DNA of 64,000 nucleotides from Histomonas meleagridis 2922-C6/04-290x (lineage: Eukaryota; Protista; Parabasalia). The notes under the pieces were generated by a model. It was not told the origin of the DNA, did not search any database, and was given only the letters and a program-made list of their open reading frames with translations. The stretch lies in the NCBI GenBank assembly GCA_020184695.1, contig JAANOX010000083.1:124001-188000 (forward strand). The letters are read 5' to 3'. The translations under genes and the position numbers were made by a program. This document shows, in pieces, positions 1 through 11,043 of the stretch. Each line of letters begins with the position of its first letter. Position 1 is the first letter of the stretch.

Positions 1-189
1 ATAATCATGGGAACTCATACTTCCAGTTTTTGGGTCTAGGAGGTTCCTCAGACTCAGACTGAGAAGAAAACTCACTCTCAAGCTCAGATTCCTAATTATA
101 TTAATTAAAATCATTACTTACTACTAACTCGAACTAATAAATAAATATTCCTTTCATGTATATACTATTATTTTTCATTTATATGCAAT

Positions 190-657
190 ATGATTCAATA
201 TTTTACATATTGTGCGTTTAATATTTATATGTTATTATGTAATTACAATCAATATCAACAATCTTCATATCAATTTATCGATAATACTATTGCTTATTTT
301 TGGCTTTTTACTAATGAGAACGCTGCAATTCAATTTGCATTACAGAATGGGGTTATTTACAATCAAATGACATGTGAAAATTGTGAATTCGATATGCAGA
401 TTCACAGAGATTCTTTAAATAGGTTTGGATATAAATGGATATGCCCATAATGTCATAAATCAAAAAGTATTTTATATGAATATATTTTATATTCAGCAAA
501 AATACCACTTTCAAAAATTTTTCATTTATTATATTGTTGGGTATATAAATATTCATGTAAAGATACTGCATAAGAAGTAGGAGTGAGCAGAAACACAGTG
601 ACTTATTATTTTACTTTATTTCGAAATGCATGTGATGCATATGTTTTATCTTTAAAA
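190..657 (+). mobile_element. Merlin/IS1595(ISXO2)-like transposase, N-terminal pseudogene fragment
   Basis: Reading through in-frame TAA at 448-450 and 571-573 gives ALQNGVI..MTCENC..M..GYKWICP*CHKSKSI..SAKIPLSKIFHLLYCW..TA*EVGVSRNTVTYYFTLFRNAC. This matches the CxxC..WxCxxC zinc ribbon plus HTH of Merlin transposases. It is truncated before the DDE domain. Confidence 0.7.
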
Positions 658-1600
658 AGTTTTGTTGTTAACGGATTTCTCAATTTTCGGTATTAATGTG
701 TCTCTGAAGAAAATTAATTTTTTATTGAATTGAACGTCCATTGATAATACTTTTGTGCCCTTAATTGTGGATTTTATTATTCCAAATTTATCAATAAATT
801 TAGAATCATAAGCTAATTTATGGAAATAACAAGTTGAGTTATTTGGTGAGTAATTCAATAATTTAAATCCACAATCAGGGTGTTTGAATATTTGTTCATC
901 ACTGGCATCATATTTTTGGACTATACATAAATAAGGTTGATTTTTTCTGAATAATAATAAAATTAATTGTAAAGAATCACAATTTTTTTTTCTCTTAATG
1001 TAATTAAATTCGGTTGATCGGAATTCTGAATAAAATTGATAGTAAAAGGTGTAATATCTTTGATAAAATAATGTTCTTCGAATAAATATAAATGAATTTT
1101 GTAAAGGACATTCTCTCGTTTACACCCAACATAATTAAATTTTTGACTCTTTTTTTGATAAACAATATATTTAATTCTAATTTTACCATCTTCATCGATG
1201 GATTTATAAACTTTGTGAATTTGAGCATAAATTGAATTATCTTTACAAACTAAATCAAGTTTAGAAGCAACTCGATATTTGACTAAAATCCTACAACGGA
1301 TTTTATCGAGCACTTTTTCTGGGATACCTGACTGTTTTAAAGCATAAATAAAACAACAGTCATTCAATTCTTCCCTTTGTTTATTTTCACTATTTAATAG
1401 TGAATCGAAGATCTGTAATCTTTGTAAATATTGTTTAATTACATGCGGAATATTTTCTGAAACTAAATAAGGAAGAATTGTGCCCCATTTTATGTTACAT
1501 TCTGTGCTCTTTCTATACCAAACCCCTCTAAATGGATCCAATAAGGTATCCATGCGTTATCTTCATCTGACTCCTCGAATTCTATAATATTAGTATAATC
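652..1600 (-). mobile_element. Maverick/Polinton-type protein-primed DNA polymerase B fragment (pseudogene)
   Basis: ORF 963-1553 (ILPY..LQRLQIFD, CFIYALKQSG, IHLYLFEEHYF) plus a downstream piece read in the 652-858 frame: FKHPDCGFKLLNY..CYFHKLAYDSKF..KGTKV..IFFRDTLIP. This resembles the pPolB exonuclease motifs FHNLxYD and FxDS. It is broken and truncated. Confidence 0.65.
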
Positions 1601-1774
1601 GGGGGGATGTCTTGACCATTACCTAATGTATCTATCATGTCTTGAAATACATTAGGTAATAATGGTTTTTGTGACCAAACTTCACCTTCACGTAGATAAT
1701 TTATAAAATAATGATTTGGTAGATTCGTTTACAATGTGAATCTCGGAGAAAAAAATTGCATTTTAATGACTAAT

Positions 1775-1781
1775 AAAAAAA
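1775..1781 (-). terminator. RNA polymerase III T-run terminator
   Basis: Seven T on the minus strand 3 nt after the tRNA 3' end. Confidence 0.6.
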
Positions 1782-1784
1782 TCA

Positions 1785-1856
1785 TTCCGATACGGGGAGT
1801 CGAACCCCGCTCCCGTGGATGAAAACCACATATCCTAACCGATGAACGATATCGGA
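1785..1856 (-). tRNA. tRNA-Glu(TTC)
   Basis: 72 nt. Acceptor stem TCCGATA/TATCGGA with discriminator A, anticodon arm TGTGG-TTTTCAT-CCACG, T arm CGGGG-TTCGACT-CCCCG. No intron and no encoded CCA. Confidence 0.97.
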
Positions 1857-2051
1857 ATCCTATTGCATATTTTTATTAGATTATTGAGCAACAAAATGGG
1901 GAAATAGTTGAAAATAATCCTGCTGCTGATTATGCACAAAAAAAAAAATGAATTTCAATGGTTTACTATAATGAAAAAACTAAATTCGTTAAAAATCAAT
2001 AAAATTGTTCAAAAGAAAGAAAGGGCTTAATGGCATAACATCTTTTAAAAC

Positions 2052-2674
2052 AGAACGGGTCCTATTCTAATTTTCTAATGAATTTTATATATTTTATTCA
2101 TATTTTTATTTTATGTCAAGTTTATAACAGTTGTAACTGCAAATTGAATACTAGGTGGGAGGTCAAATTTTTACTTTTTCTATCAATATTGAATGCTTCC
2201 ATGGTAATTGGCTACAGGTCTCATTTTTTTAGATATCAAATAAATAAACAAATTTATAGGAATGCCATAGAAAAAAACTAATTTTCTAGGAGACAGAATT
2301 TTGATATCTATTATCATTATCGAAATAATTGCAAAATAATTTTCTGACTTTTCAATTTTAACTAGAAAGTCAATAATTCTCTTATGAAAAATTGATTAGT
2401 TTTAATATGCAAAATAATATATAATGAAATATATAAAACACCTATTATCATGATAAGATGTTCGTAAACCAATTTTATATGAAGATATATTTATTTTATT
2501 TTTAAGTGTCAAATCTTTAAATATAAGTTTTTGTCTTATAAAGATATAAGAATATTATCTACTGTTATTATTAATCTTTGATATATATTTTTTAACAATT
2601 AATATAATGAAAACAACGAGATAATTATATTCTATTCGGTGTCAAACGACCGTTTAGATAATAGGACCCGTTCT
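2052..2674. mobile_element. Putative non-autonomous TIR element (MITE-like), 623 bp
   Basis: Perfect 15-bp inverted repeats AGAACGGGTCCTATT (2052-2066) and AATAGGACCCGTTCT (2660-2674) around AT-rich non-coding DNA. No clear TSD seen. Confidence 0.55.
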
Positions 2675-3633
2675 ATTCAAATTTTGAATTGCTTTTAAAA
2701 TCATTTATTTCAAAAGTGGTTTGTAAAAAAAACGCTTGATGAACCATAAATGACTATTCTTTTAAATGTCTTTCCTCGTGTTTTATGTTGCTTATAGATA
2801 TTTCTTAGGAAGAAAGCACTACTACATGACTTGTTTCATTGAAGGAACATCATATTTCTACAATTTATTGATTCAAGATATTATAACTTCTCTTCAAAGA
2901 TCAAAAATTAAAACAAATACTTGCTTTACTGTTTACTCATCAACCAAAGTAAATCATACCAATTTAAAAAAAAAAGGTATTATATTAATAATAATTTGAA
3001 TTTCCGTAAAATACTTAATACAGCGAAATTTTTTAATTTAAATGATATGCTTTGATAAGAGGTGCTAGTTTAAAGAGCATATTAATGATAAAATTAATTA
3101 ATATCTGATTTTTTTCAAAAATCAAAAAAATCAACTCCAGATTTCACTATGTGGTAAACAAGTATGTCATTTCAGAAAGATGATAAATCGAGGGACAAAA
3201 CCAAATCATAAAATTTTCATACTCTAATTTTGAATTTGTATGTAATCAAATGCACTTATCATATGATTCATATATTTTGTTTCAATGGTTTTAATTGATT
3301 TGGCGAAGCTAAAAAGTAAGCATTTGGCCCTTCTTACGAAATGCTTAATGGATCTCCATTCATTTTCTGAGTATTTTTTTTTTTTTCAAAGGGCTCGATT
3401 GAATAAAAGGCAATCAAAAACCTTAAAATTTAAGGTTTATCTTCGGTTTTCTTCTGAATACTTCAATCGTCCTATTGAAATTTAGTTTTATTTATCTTAA
3501 ATGTGCGATGATCTCCAGATTTTCAAAAGCTCGCCTATCCCAACCATTCAAAGCCCACTATCAAAATCCTGTTTCTTTAACCTCAATTAGTTGATGACAT
3601 TGCTTAACGGTTTTAGCAATCGAACATTTTATT

Positions 3634-5649
3634 ATGACTTTTCAATATTTTTACATATATGTCATAATACCATTTGTTTTCCCCATCGCATTCTATTGGT
3701 CTTTTTCGTTTATTTCTAATTCGGCAAACATTCAAACGATCACTAATTATATAAAATTAAAATTTAATGGAAATCCATATCAAGCAATAACAATACCGCA
3801 GACAGGGCCGTACACAACTAATCCTAATTTCCAGTATAGACAATATCTTTCTAATGACACATGCATTAATCGTACAAAATTTAGCAATGAATTTTCACTT
3901 CTTTTTGATAAACACATCAACAAAAACACATTGACAAAGCCTCATGTATTAATAGTCGGAGGAATGACAGTTATAGGATCATCTTTAAAGCGCAAATTCC
4001 AAGAACTTGATATACCATATGTATCAGTCAACGGTATTAATGAAATTGACTTCTCTATGCCGGACACTTATAAAGTCTTAAACACAGTTAACATCACCAA
4101 AGCAATTATCACATATCAACCACCGTTAGTACGTCATACTTCATCAGATGGCTATGGCTATACACGCGATATAGTTCTAAAGTATTTTACTGGCTTAACC
4201 ACATATTTCAAGGACAAAAACATTCCATTTTTATATGTTACAACACAACCATTATATGGTGAAACTAAAATCATGAAAGAAAATGGAGGTCATATCATCG
4301 AGATACCATATGTCATTGACTCCAAAGCAATTAAAGATCTCGAAAACCCGACAATGAGAGCAGTTCGCGAGTGCCAAAAAGTTGGGTATAGTAACATTGA
4401 ATATATACCATTTCTACAGTATGAAAGTGTTACTGCTGATGATGTTGTTGAATATATTCTTAATCACAATAATGTTAAAGAAGATGTATTACTTAGAGGT
4501 TATTCATCGATTGATATTGAAACAGCAATTAAACATGCAGTCACATCAGCGAATGTACCAAACTGTACAATAAACTTCAAAAATTATCCGCATAATGTAC
4601 CAAATTATCAAACTCAATATAATGTAACAGAATACATTGGTAAAAATGTTAATATTAAAGAAATGATAAAGAACTCATATAATAACTTCCGAATTATTGG
4701 AAACTTAAAGAAGAAAGTTCATACATCAATAGTAGTACCGGGGCGTAATGATGGCTATGGCATTGGCTTTGAACAGCGAATCCAAAACTTCATCAATGCA
4801 ATTGACTATGCAATACAAATGGTTCCATTAGCAGAAGTCGAAGTTATTTTTGTTGATTATGCGACGCCAACAAACAACAAATTATTATCCGAAATATTAA
4901 CAATACCGAAGACAATATCAGATAAAATACGATTCATCATCGTGCCACCATCCATACATGAAATGTTAGAACAACGTTATCAAACGCAATATGAATTCCT
5001 TGAATACGTCGCTAAGAACATTGGCACACGTCGTTCATTAGGTAAATTCATCTTAACAACGAACGCGGACTGTTTATTTCCTACGGAGTTCTTTGAGTTA
5101 GTTGCGGCGCATCAGTTTAACACCGCTGTCATATACAGAGGTAATCGATGGGATTTATACCCATACACATTGTCGTCGCACCAAATGTCAATGAACGACT
5201 TCATTAAGATAATGTCCGAAACATGGAAGCTAAGTCACATGCGCGTCAACCAGTGGTGCAGAGTGTATAATCGCTTCGCAGTCATCGACTCATGCGACGA
5301 ATATAAGGCTAAGGCAGCGTCATGCGCACCAGGCGACTTCCAAATGCTCTCGAGGACAATGTGGGACGCAATGCAGGGGTTCAACGAAGTGCCCGCGAAC
5401 CCTGCAACGGACTCGGTGTTCATCGCGCGGATGCTGAAGCTGCTGCCAGGGTACATGCGGATGTTCGTCCACCCGCTGTTCTTCCATCAGCCGCACCAAA
5501 CTTCGTACAAAAGGAGAAAATACTTCCCAAAAGAAATGGAGTCCAAACACGACTACTGCTGCTTGGGAAACTGTTTGTCGTGCGCCCCGTTCTATGATAG
5601 AGACGACTGGGGATTGGTGAACTATACTTTCAGAGAAGTGACATTTTGA
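3634..5649 (+). CDS. Type II membrane glycosyltransferase-like protein (Rossmann-like N domain plus GT-A-like C domain), 671 aa
   Basis: N-terminal TM segment, HVLIVGGMTVIG Rossmann-like motif, then SIVVPGRND..EVIFVDY..KNIGTRRSLGKFILTTNAD, typical of GT2/GT-A folds. Confidence 0.65.
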   Translation: MTFQYFYIYVIIPFVFPIAFYWSFSFISNSANIQTITNYIKLKFNGNPYQAITIPQTGPYTTNPNFQYRQYLSNDTCINRTKFSNEFSLLFDKHINKNTLTKPHVLIVGGMTVIGSSLKRKFQELDIPYVSVNGINEIDFSMPDTYKVLNTVNITKAIITYQPPLVRHTSSDGYGYTRDIVLKYFTGLTTYFKDKNIPFLYVTTQPLYGETKIMKENGGHIIEIPYVIDSKAIKDLENPTMRAVRECQKVGYSNIEYIPFLQYESVTADDVVEYILNHNNVKEDVLLRGYSSIDIETAIKHAVTSANVPNCTINFKNYPHNVPNYQTQYNVTEYIGKNVNIKEMIKNSYNNFRIIGNLKKKVHTSIVVPGRNDGYGIGFEQRIQNFINAIDYAIQMVPLAEVEVIFVDYATPTNNKLLSEILTIPKTISDKIRFIIVPPSIHEMLEQRYQTQYEFLEYVAKNIGTRRSLGKFILTTNADCLFPTEFFELVAAHQFNTAVIYRGNRWDLYPYTLSSHQMSMNDFIKIMSETWKLSHMRVNQWCRVYNRFAVIDSCDEYKAKAASCAPGDFQMLSRTMWDAMQGFNEVPANPATDSVFIARMLKLLPGYMRMFVHPLFFHQPHQTSYKRRKYFPKEMESKHDYCCLGNCLSCAPFYDRDDWGLVNYTFREVTF

Positions 5650-6300
5650 TTTGATATAATAAAAATATCTGTAGATGAAACCGGCGGTGACCAACTCATT
5701 CGTTTGTGTTATGTAATATGGCAGAGAACGAGTTTTAGCTTCGGGTTGCAGGAAAAAGAAAATTGGGTTGAAAATAAGGAACGGATTGAATACTTATCGT
5801 CTTTTTAGAAACGACGTCGTTCATTTTGTGTTGGAATTGATCGTTTTGGATGAGAGGGTATTCAAAAAACCGCTACGATGAAATTGAAATAAAAGTAATT
5901 GAAAGCAAACACAAAATTTGTGTGCGTGTTTTGTTAAGTTTTTCTGAATTTATTTGGCCGTTTATGCTGCTTAAAAATAATATGTCACTTTTCGTAAATT
6001 TTCGAAAATTTAAAAATTAACATATTTTGTTATTATTAAATATATTTAATATCAATGTGTATGATATAAATAACATAAATAGTTTTATTAGAAAAATGAA
6101 ATTGACAGAATCCTTTTATATTTTAATCAAAAGGAAAAACACTGCACATGAATGTTATAACAAATTTTTTATTACAAAATTGAAATTCAATATTAAAGTA
6201 AATTTTATTATACCCCGCACGTTTTATATATAAATTTTAAGAGAAACTTAACAAAGCGCTTCTTGTTAAATGAGTTATTGTGAGGGAAGACTATCAAAAT

Positions 6301-9300
6301 TTATATAAGTTGTTTATAAATATTATTTTAAAATATAAAATTATTAAAATAAAGATTAAATCAAAAACATAAATATCCAAACTCTCTGTGTCAATTCCTT
6401 CTTCTTCAAGAAGAATTTGAACTGTTTCTTTTTTTTTGCTTTTATATGCTAAAGTTAATGCTGTTTGAAATATTATATTTAATTTCTAAACATTATTTAA
6501 AAATATTAAATAATAAAAATAAATATTAAAATCAAAAAATAAATATCTTCATCATTGATATCGATTCCTTCTTGTCTAAGAAGCAATTTGACGATATCTG
6601 TATAACCAAACATTGATGCTTTCATAAGTGCAGTTTGAAATATTTATAATAATTTCCAAATTTTGACATAAAATATTAAGTGATGAAAATAAACAGAAAA
6701 TATAACATATAAATATCTTTAGCATTAATTTCAATTCCTTTTATTGTGAGAAGTAATCTAACTATTTCAGTATTTCCATTTAAAGATGCCATCATAAGTG
6801 CTGTTTTATATAATTTAAATAATTTCCAAATAAAATTTCTAAACATCAAAAAAAAGTTTAAAAATTTCATTAGCATTAACATCAATCCCTCCTTTTTTAA
6901 TAAGTAATTTAACTATTTTTGTATAGCCAGAAAAAGATGCTAAAATAAGTGGGCTTCTAAATAATTTATATAGTCTCCATATGTTAATTAGAAATATAAA
7001 ATAATTAAAATAAATATTAAATTCAATAAACAAAAATCCTGAGAATTAATATTAATTCTTTCATGTTCAAGAAGTAATTTCACTATATCTATAAAACAAT
7101 TTTTGATCGCTATCATAAGTGCTGTCCTAAATTATATAAATAATTTCCATATAATTTTTTGAAAAAAAAATTACAAATATAAGAAATAAATATCTTTAAC
7201 ATTAACATCAATTTCTTCTTTCCCAAGAAGTAATTTAACTATTTCTATGTAGCCATTTTTGGATGCCCATATAAGTGCTGCATTAAATAATTTGAAATAT
7301 TAAATTGTTTAAACAAATATCTAAAAAAATAAAAATATATTTTTAATATCAATATCAATCCCTTTTTGCTCAAGAAGTAATTCGGCGATTTCTTTCAGGT
7401 TATTTTTACATGAATAAGCAAATGCTGTCCAAAATATTTCAAATAATCTCCAAACATCATTTTGAAATTTTAAATAATTAAAATAAATATCAAATAAAAC
7501 ATATAAATATCTTTAGCATTAATGTCAATTCCTTCTTGTATAAGAAGTAATTCAACTATATCTATATAGCCAGATAAAGATGCTTTTATAAGCGCTGTTT
7601 GAAATATTTGAAATAGTTTCCATATTTTGCTTAAAGATATTAAATGACCAGAATAAATACAAAATATAAAGCATAAATATCTTTAATATTAATATCAATT
7701 CCATTCTGTTTAAGAAGTAATTTAACTATTTCTGTATGGCCGCCTAAAGTTGCTACTATAAGAGCTGATTGAAATAATTTAAATATTTTTGAAATATTAT
7801 TTTGAAATATAAAATTATTAAAACAAATTTCAAATAATACAAATAAATACCGATGATGTTAATTTTAATTCCTTCTTGTTCAAGAAGTAATTTAACTATT
7901 TCTATAAATCCCTCTCTAGATGCAATTATAAGTGCTGTATTAAATATTTTGTAAAATTTCCATAAAATCATAATTTCAAATTCTAAATAATATAAATAAG
8001 TATCCTTAGCATTAAAATCAATTCCTTTTTGTTTAAGAAATAATTTAACTATTTCTATGTGGCCATTTTTAGATGCGCGCATAAGTGCTGTTTCAAATTA
8101 ATTCAATAATTCCTAAATATTATTTTGATATATGATGTTATTAAAATAAATCCAAAATAAAACAAATAAATATTAAATAATATATATAAATATCTTTAGC
8201 GTTAAAATCAATTCCTTTTTGATCAAGAAGGAATTTAACTATTTCTATATTCCCGTTTTCAGATGCATACATAAGAGCTGTTTGAAATAATTTAAATAAT
8301 TATCGTAAATTATTTTGAAACATAAAACAATATATATGAATTTTATTAATAATAAACAAACATATTTAGCATTAATATTAACTACTTCTTGTTCAAGGAA
8401 AAAGTTAAATAATTTGAAGTTCATGAATTTATTTGACAAAAAGAATTTAATAAAATATTTGACAGAAAAATATCCGAAAATTTGATTATCATAAAGATAA
8501 TGAAAGATATCATTTCGATGAAATTCAATTGCTTCTTTATATGATTTGTAAAATGCCGAATGATTTTGTTGACATAAATGAATTATCTCTAAATTTCCAC
8601 CTGCAACTGCATATTTACCTGTGTCTTCTACTTTTGCATTATTCATAAGTAAATATTTAAAACATTTAACAGATCCAAAAAATGCTGCATACTCAATTAA
8701 AGAAACTTTTTTTTCATTAATATAAGAACATCTTTCATAAAGTGATGGCATTATATATTGGTTAAAATTAAAATTTTCTCGTGATGATATTTCTTGAAGT
8801 TTTTCTATTTCATCATTTCGAATTATTTTTGCAATTTCATTCGGATTAACTCCTTCTTTAATTAATTTCTTATGAAGTTCAAAATCATTCTTTGATAGTT
8901 TCTCATAACTACTACTTTCATAAACATTGTATTGTTGTAAAATATTTATTGGCTTAGAAGGAAAATGATGTGCGAAATAAAAAGTGTTTTTGTTTTCAAC
9001 TGATTTTGCAGAAACTAAATTCATTTCAATCATTTTTTCAAGAATAAAATATGATTCTTGTGAGTCTATATCAAGGAGGAAATCTCTAAATGTATCAATT
9101 AACTCATGATTATTTTCTTTGTTTTCAATTTGTTTCATAAAATTAATATATAAGTTAAAATCTTTCATTTGTGAAAGTATTGACGAATATATTATTCGAC
9201 TGAGAATTATATTTGAATAAGAAGATATATCTTCATCATTATTTATTAGAGTTATTGTTGAATTAATAGATTCAGAAATATTATCTTCATTTAAATCAAA

Positions 9301-9399
9301 AATAATTTCTTCAAGAATTTCTAAATCTTGTATAAACTTGGTCGGACATAAACGAGATGATTGATCAACAGCTGGCTTTTCATCAGAACTCTCTTTCAT
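6301..9399 (-). CDS. DUF3447-ankyrin repeat protein with 12 ankyrin cores interrupted by frame-breaking inserts (3' end uncertain)
   Basis: ORF 8245-9399 has IIRNDEIEKLQ, AAFFGSVKCFKYL, AVAGGNLEIIHLC and AIEFHRNDIFHYL (DUF3447-like). Twelve stop-free 90-nt ankyrin cores follow between 8281 and 6375. Confidence 0.75.
6375..8361 (-). repeat. Ankyrin core/insert tandem array 1 (90-nt cores; inserts 80,100,63,80,80,80,57,66,80,61,80,80 nt)
   Basis: Counted by hand. Cores start at 8281, 8091, 7938, 7768, 7598, 7428, 7281, 7125, 6955, 6804, 6634 and 6464, each 90 nt (consensus TALxxAxxxGxxEIVKLLLxxxGIDxNxKD). Confidence 0.92.
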
Positions 9400-9649
9400 T
9401 TTTTAATTTTTCCCAAACAATTGTGGCAAGAATGAAAAATTTTTTTGAATGACAATTTGCATAAACATTCAATTTAACCGTTTTCCAATCGTTTTTAAGT
9501 CCTTTTTTCTTCGTTAAGAAGTATATTATTGATTCATTTATTTTATTTCGCTATGGCTGACCTCTTCGATGCTCAACTAGAATTACCTGAAACTAAGTTT
9601 CAATTAAAATATGTTTTGGTGATTACGTTTTATTTATTAAATGATACGT

Positions 9650-10105
9650 TTATGCTGTAATAGCAGATGCTGTTTGGGCATTGTATTTCCAGTTTGGTGC
9701 AATGATGCGCCTTGACTTGTAATAACGTGCAAGACGATGAATACGACTTTCAATGAGGATAAGGCGGTACTTGCCATCAATATCATGGCTGGACCTTTCA
9801 AGATGCTTACGAACATTGACTGCTTTCTTGATTAAATAGTATAATTCTTCTGGAAGAGCTGGTGCTAAGCCGTTGGCTTTAAGAATACGAAGAACCTTAT
9901 TACCTGTAACTGCACGAACTTGACCAACACCGTGGCTATCACGAAGTTTTTCACCAATTTGTGATGGTCTGATTCCTTTCTTTGCATAGTCACAAATAAG
10001 TTGGACAACATTTTCTCCTGAAAGTTGGAGCCAATGTGGAGCTGTTCTGCGGTAAGGAATTGTTGAACCTGAAATACCTTTTCCTGGGGAATGAAGACGT
10101 CCCAT
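9650..10105 (-). CDS. RPS13: 40S ribosomal protein S13 (uS15)
   Basis: [37 protein letters not shown]; 151 aa. Confidence 0.98.
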   Translation of the reverse strand: MGRLHSPGKGISGSTIPYRRTAPHWLQLSGENVVQLICDYAKKGIRPSQIGEKLRDSHGVGQVRAVTGNKVLRILKANGLAPALPEELYYLIKKAVNVRKHLERSSHDIDGKYRLILIESRIHRLARYYKSRRIIAPNWKYNAQTASAITA

Positions 10106-10111
10106 TTTTCC

Positions 10112-10132
10112 AAAGGCTGACCATAACCGTTA
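10112..10132 (-). promoter_or_regulatory. Trichomonad-type core promoter: M3 (Myb-site) plus M5 (CCTTT)
   Basis: Minus strand reads TAACGGTTATGGTCAGCCTTTGGAAAAATG. It matches the T. vaginalis M3 consensus and the CCTTT M5 element described for ribosomal protein genes. Confidence 0.6.
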
Positions 10133-11043
10133 AAGCAGCACTTTTCGATATAAACAATTTGAATCAAGAGAAAAATTTTTGGAAATCCAATCAAAAATCA
10201 ACCTAAAATTTTCACACAAATAAAAAATGTTAATATAACAAGGGATGAATATAGCTTATATTTATATATTTTCATGTGCATATGATTTTTATATATTAAA
10301 TATATAAAAAATTATTAAGCTTTCGACATACTCAAAATATTTCTTTATTGTAGTAATTAACTCCCATCATATGTTTTATCTTTGTGGTATAACGAACATA
10401 TGTTATTTGTAGCTTTGGTAACAGAACACTTTATCTTTACGTAAAGATAAAAGGCATCTTGTTACTAATAAAGAACTTTGATAAAGTCAAATGCATTAAA
10501 ATAAAATTACTTATATATCCAATGATCATCAATAAGTTGCTTTAGTTCATGATGTTGTTCAATTTTACTTGTTGATGTTGAACACTTAGATTTTATATTT
10601 GAAGTTGTTATGGAAATTTATTTTGACAATCCCAGCTACAAAAATTATAATACCTATAGTTTTCAAAATTACGTATTTGAACCACATTAAAACAGAAAAA
10701 TGCAATAAATCAATTACTGAGAAATAAATACAATGATATATAACCACTAACATATAATATTTTTTGTGCCTATCCAAATAATTCAAATTATGTTTAAGGA
10801 TTATAATTTATCTGATTTGTGCTATTTTGACCTTTCGCCGATTTCGACATCTCTCTGACCATTTCCAGATGCAGACACAATTACATTTTGAAAAAACATA
10901 AATTCATTTTGGGTTATTTAAATAATAAAAATAGTATCATACAACGGATTTTTATATTGATCATGATGCATTTACTATTGATATGAAATGGTCCTCGTTA
11001 TTAAATGAAAAACCTTATAATAAATTAAACAATATTTATTTGA

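Noticed and set aside
1-95. Minus-strand peptide ESELESEFSSQSESEEPPRPKNWKYEFP*
   Set aside because: Too short, with an upstream stop and no start; probably transposon debris.
448-573. In-frame TAA codons in the transposase as evidence of TAA=Gln recoding
   Set aside because: Conserved genes (RPS13, RPL7A, AP mu) end in TAA at their expected C-termini, so these are pseudogene stops.
5235-5694. Three overlapping short ORFs at the glycosyltransferase 3' end
   Set aside because: By-products of the local GC-rich patch, which depletes stop codons.
6301-8361. CRISPR array interpretation of the periodic region
   Set aside because: Units encode ankyrin repeats and are not identical, no cas genes are present, and the context is eukaryotic.
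10430-10451. Perfect 22-bp palindrome TTTATCTTTACGTAAAGATAAA
   Set aside because: Single occurrence of AT-rich arms; not unexpected by chance in 64 kb.
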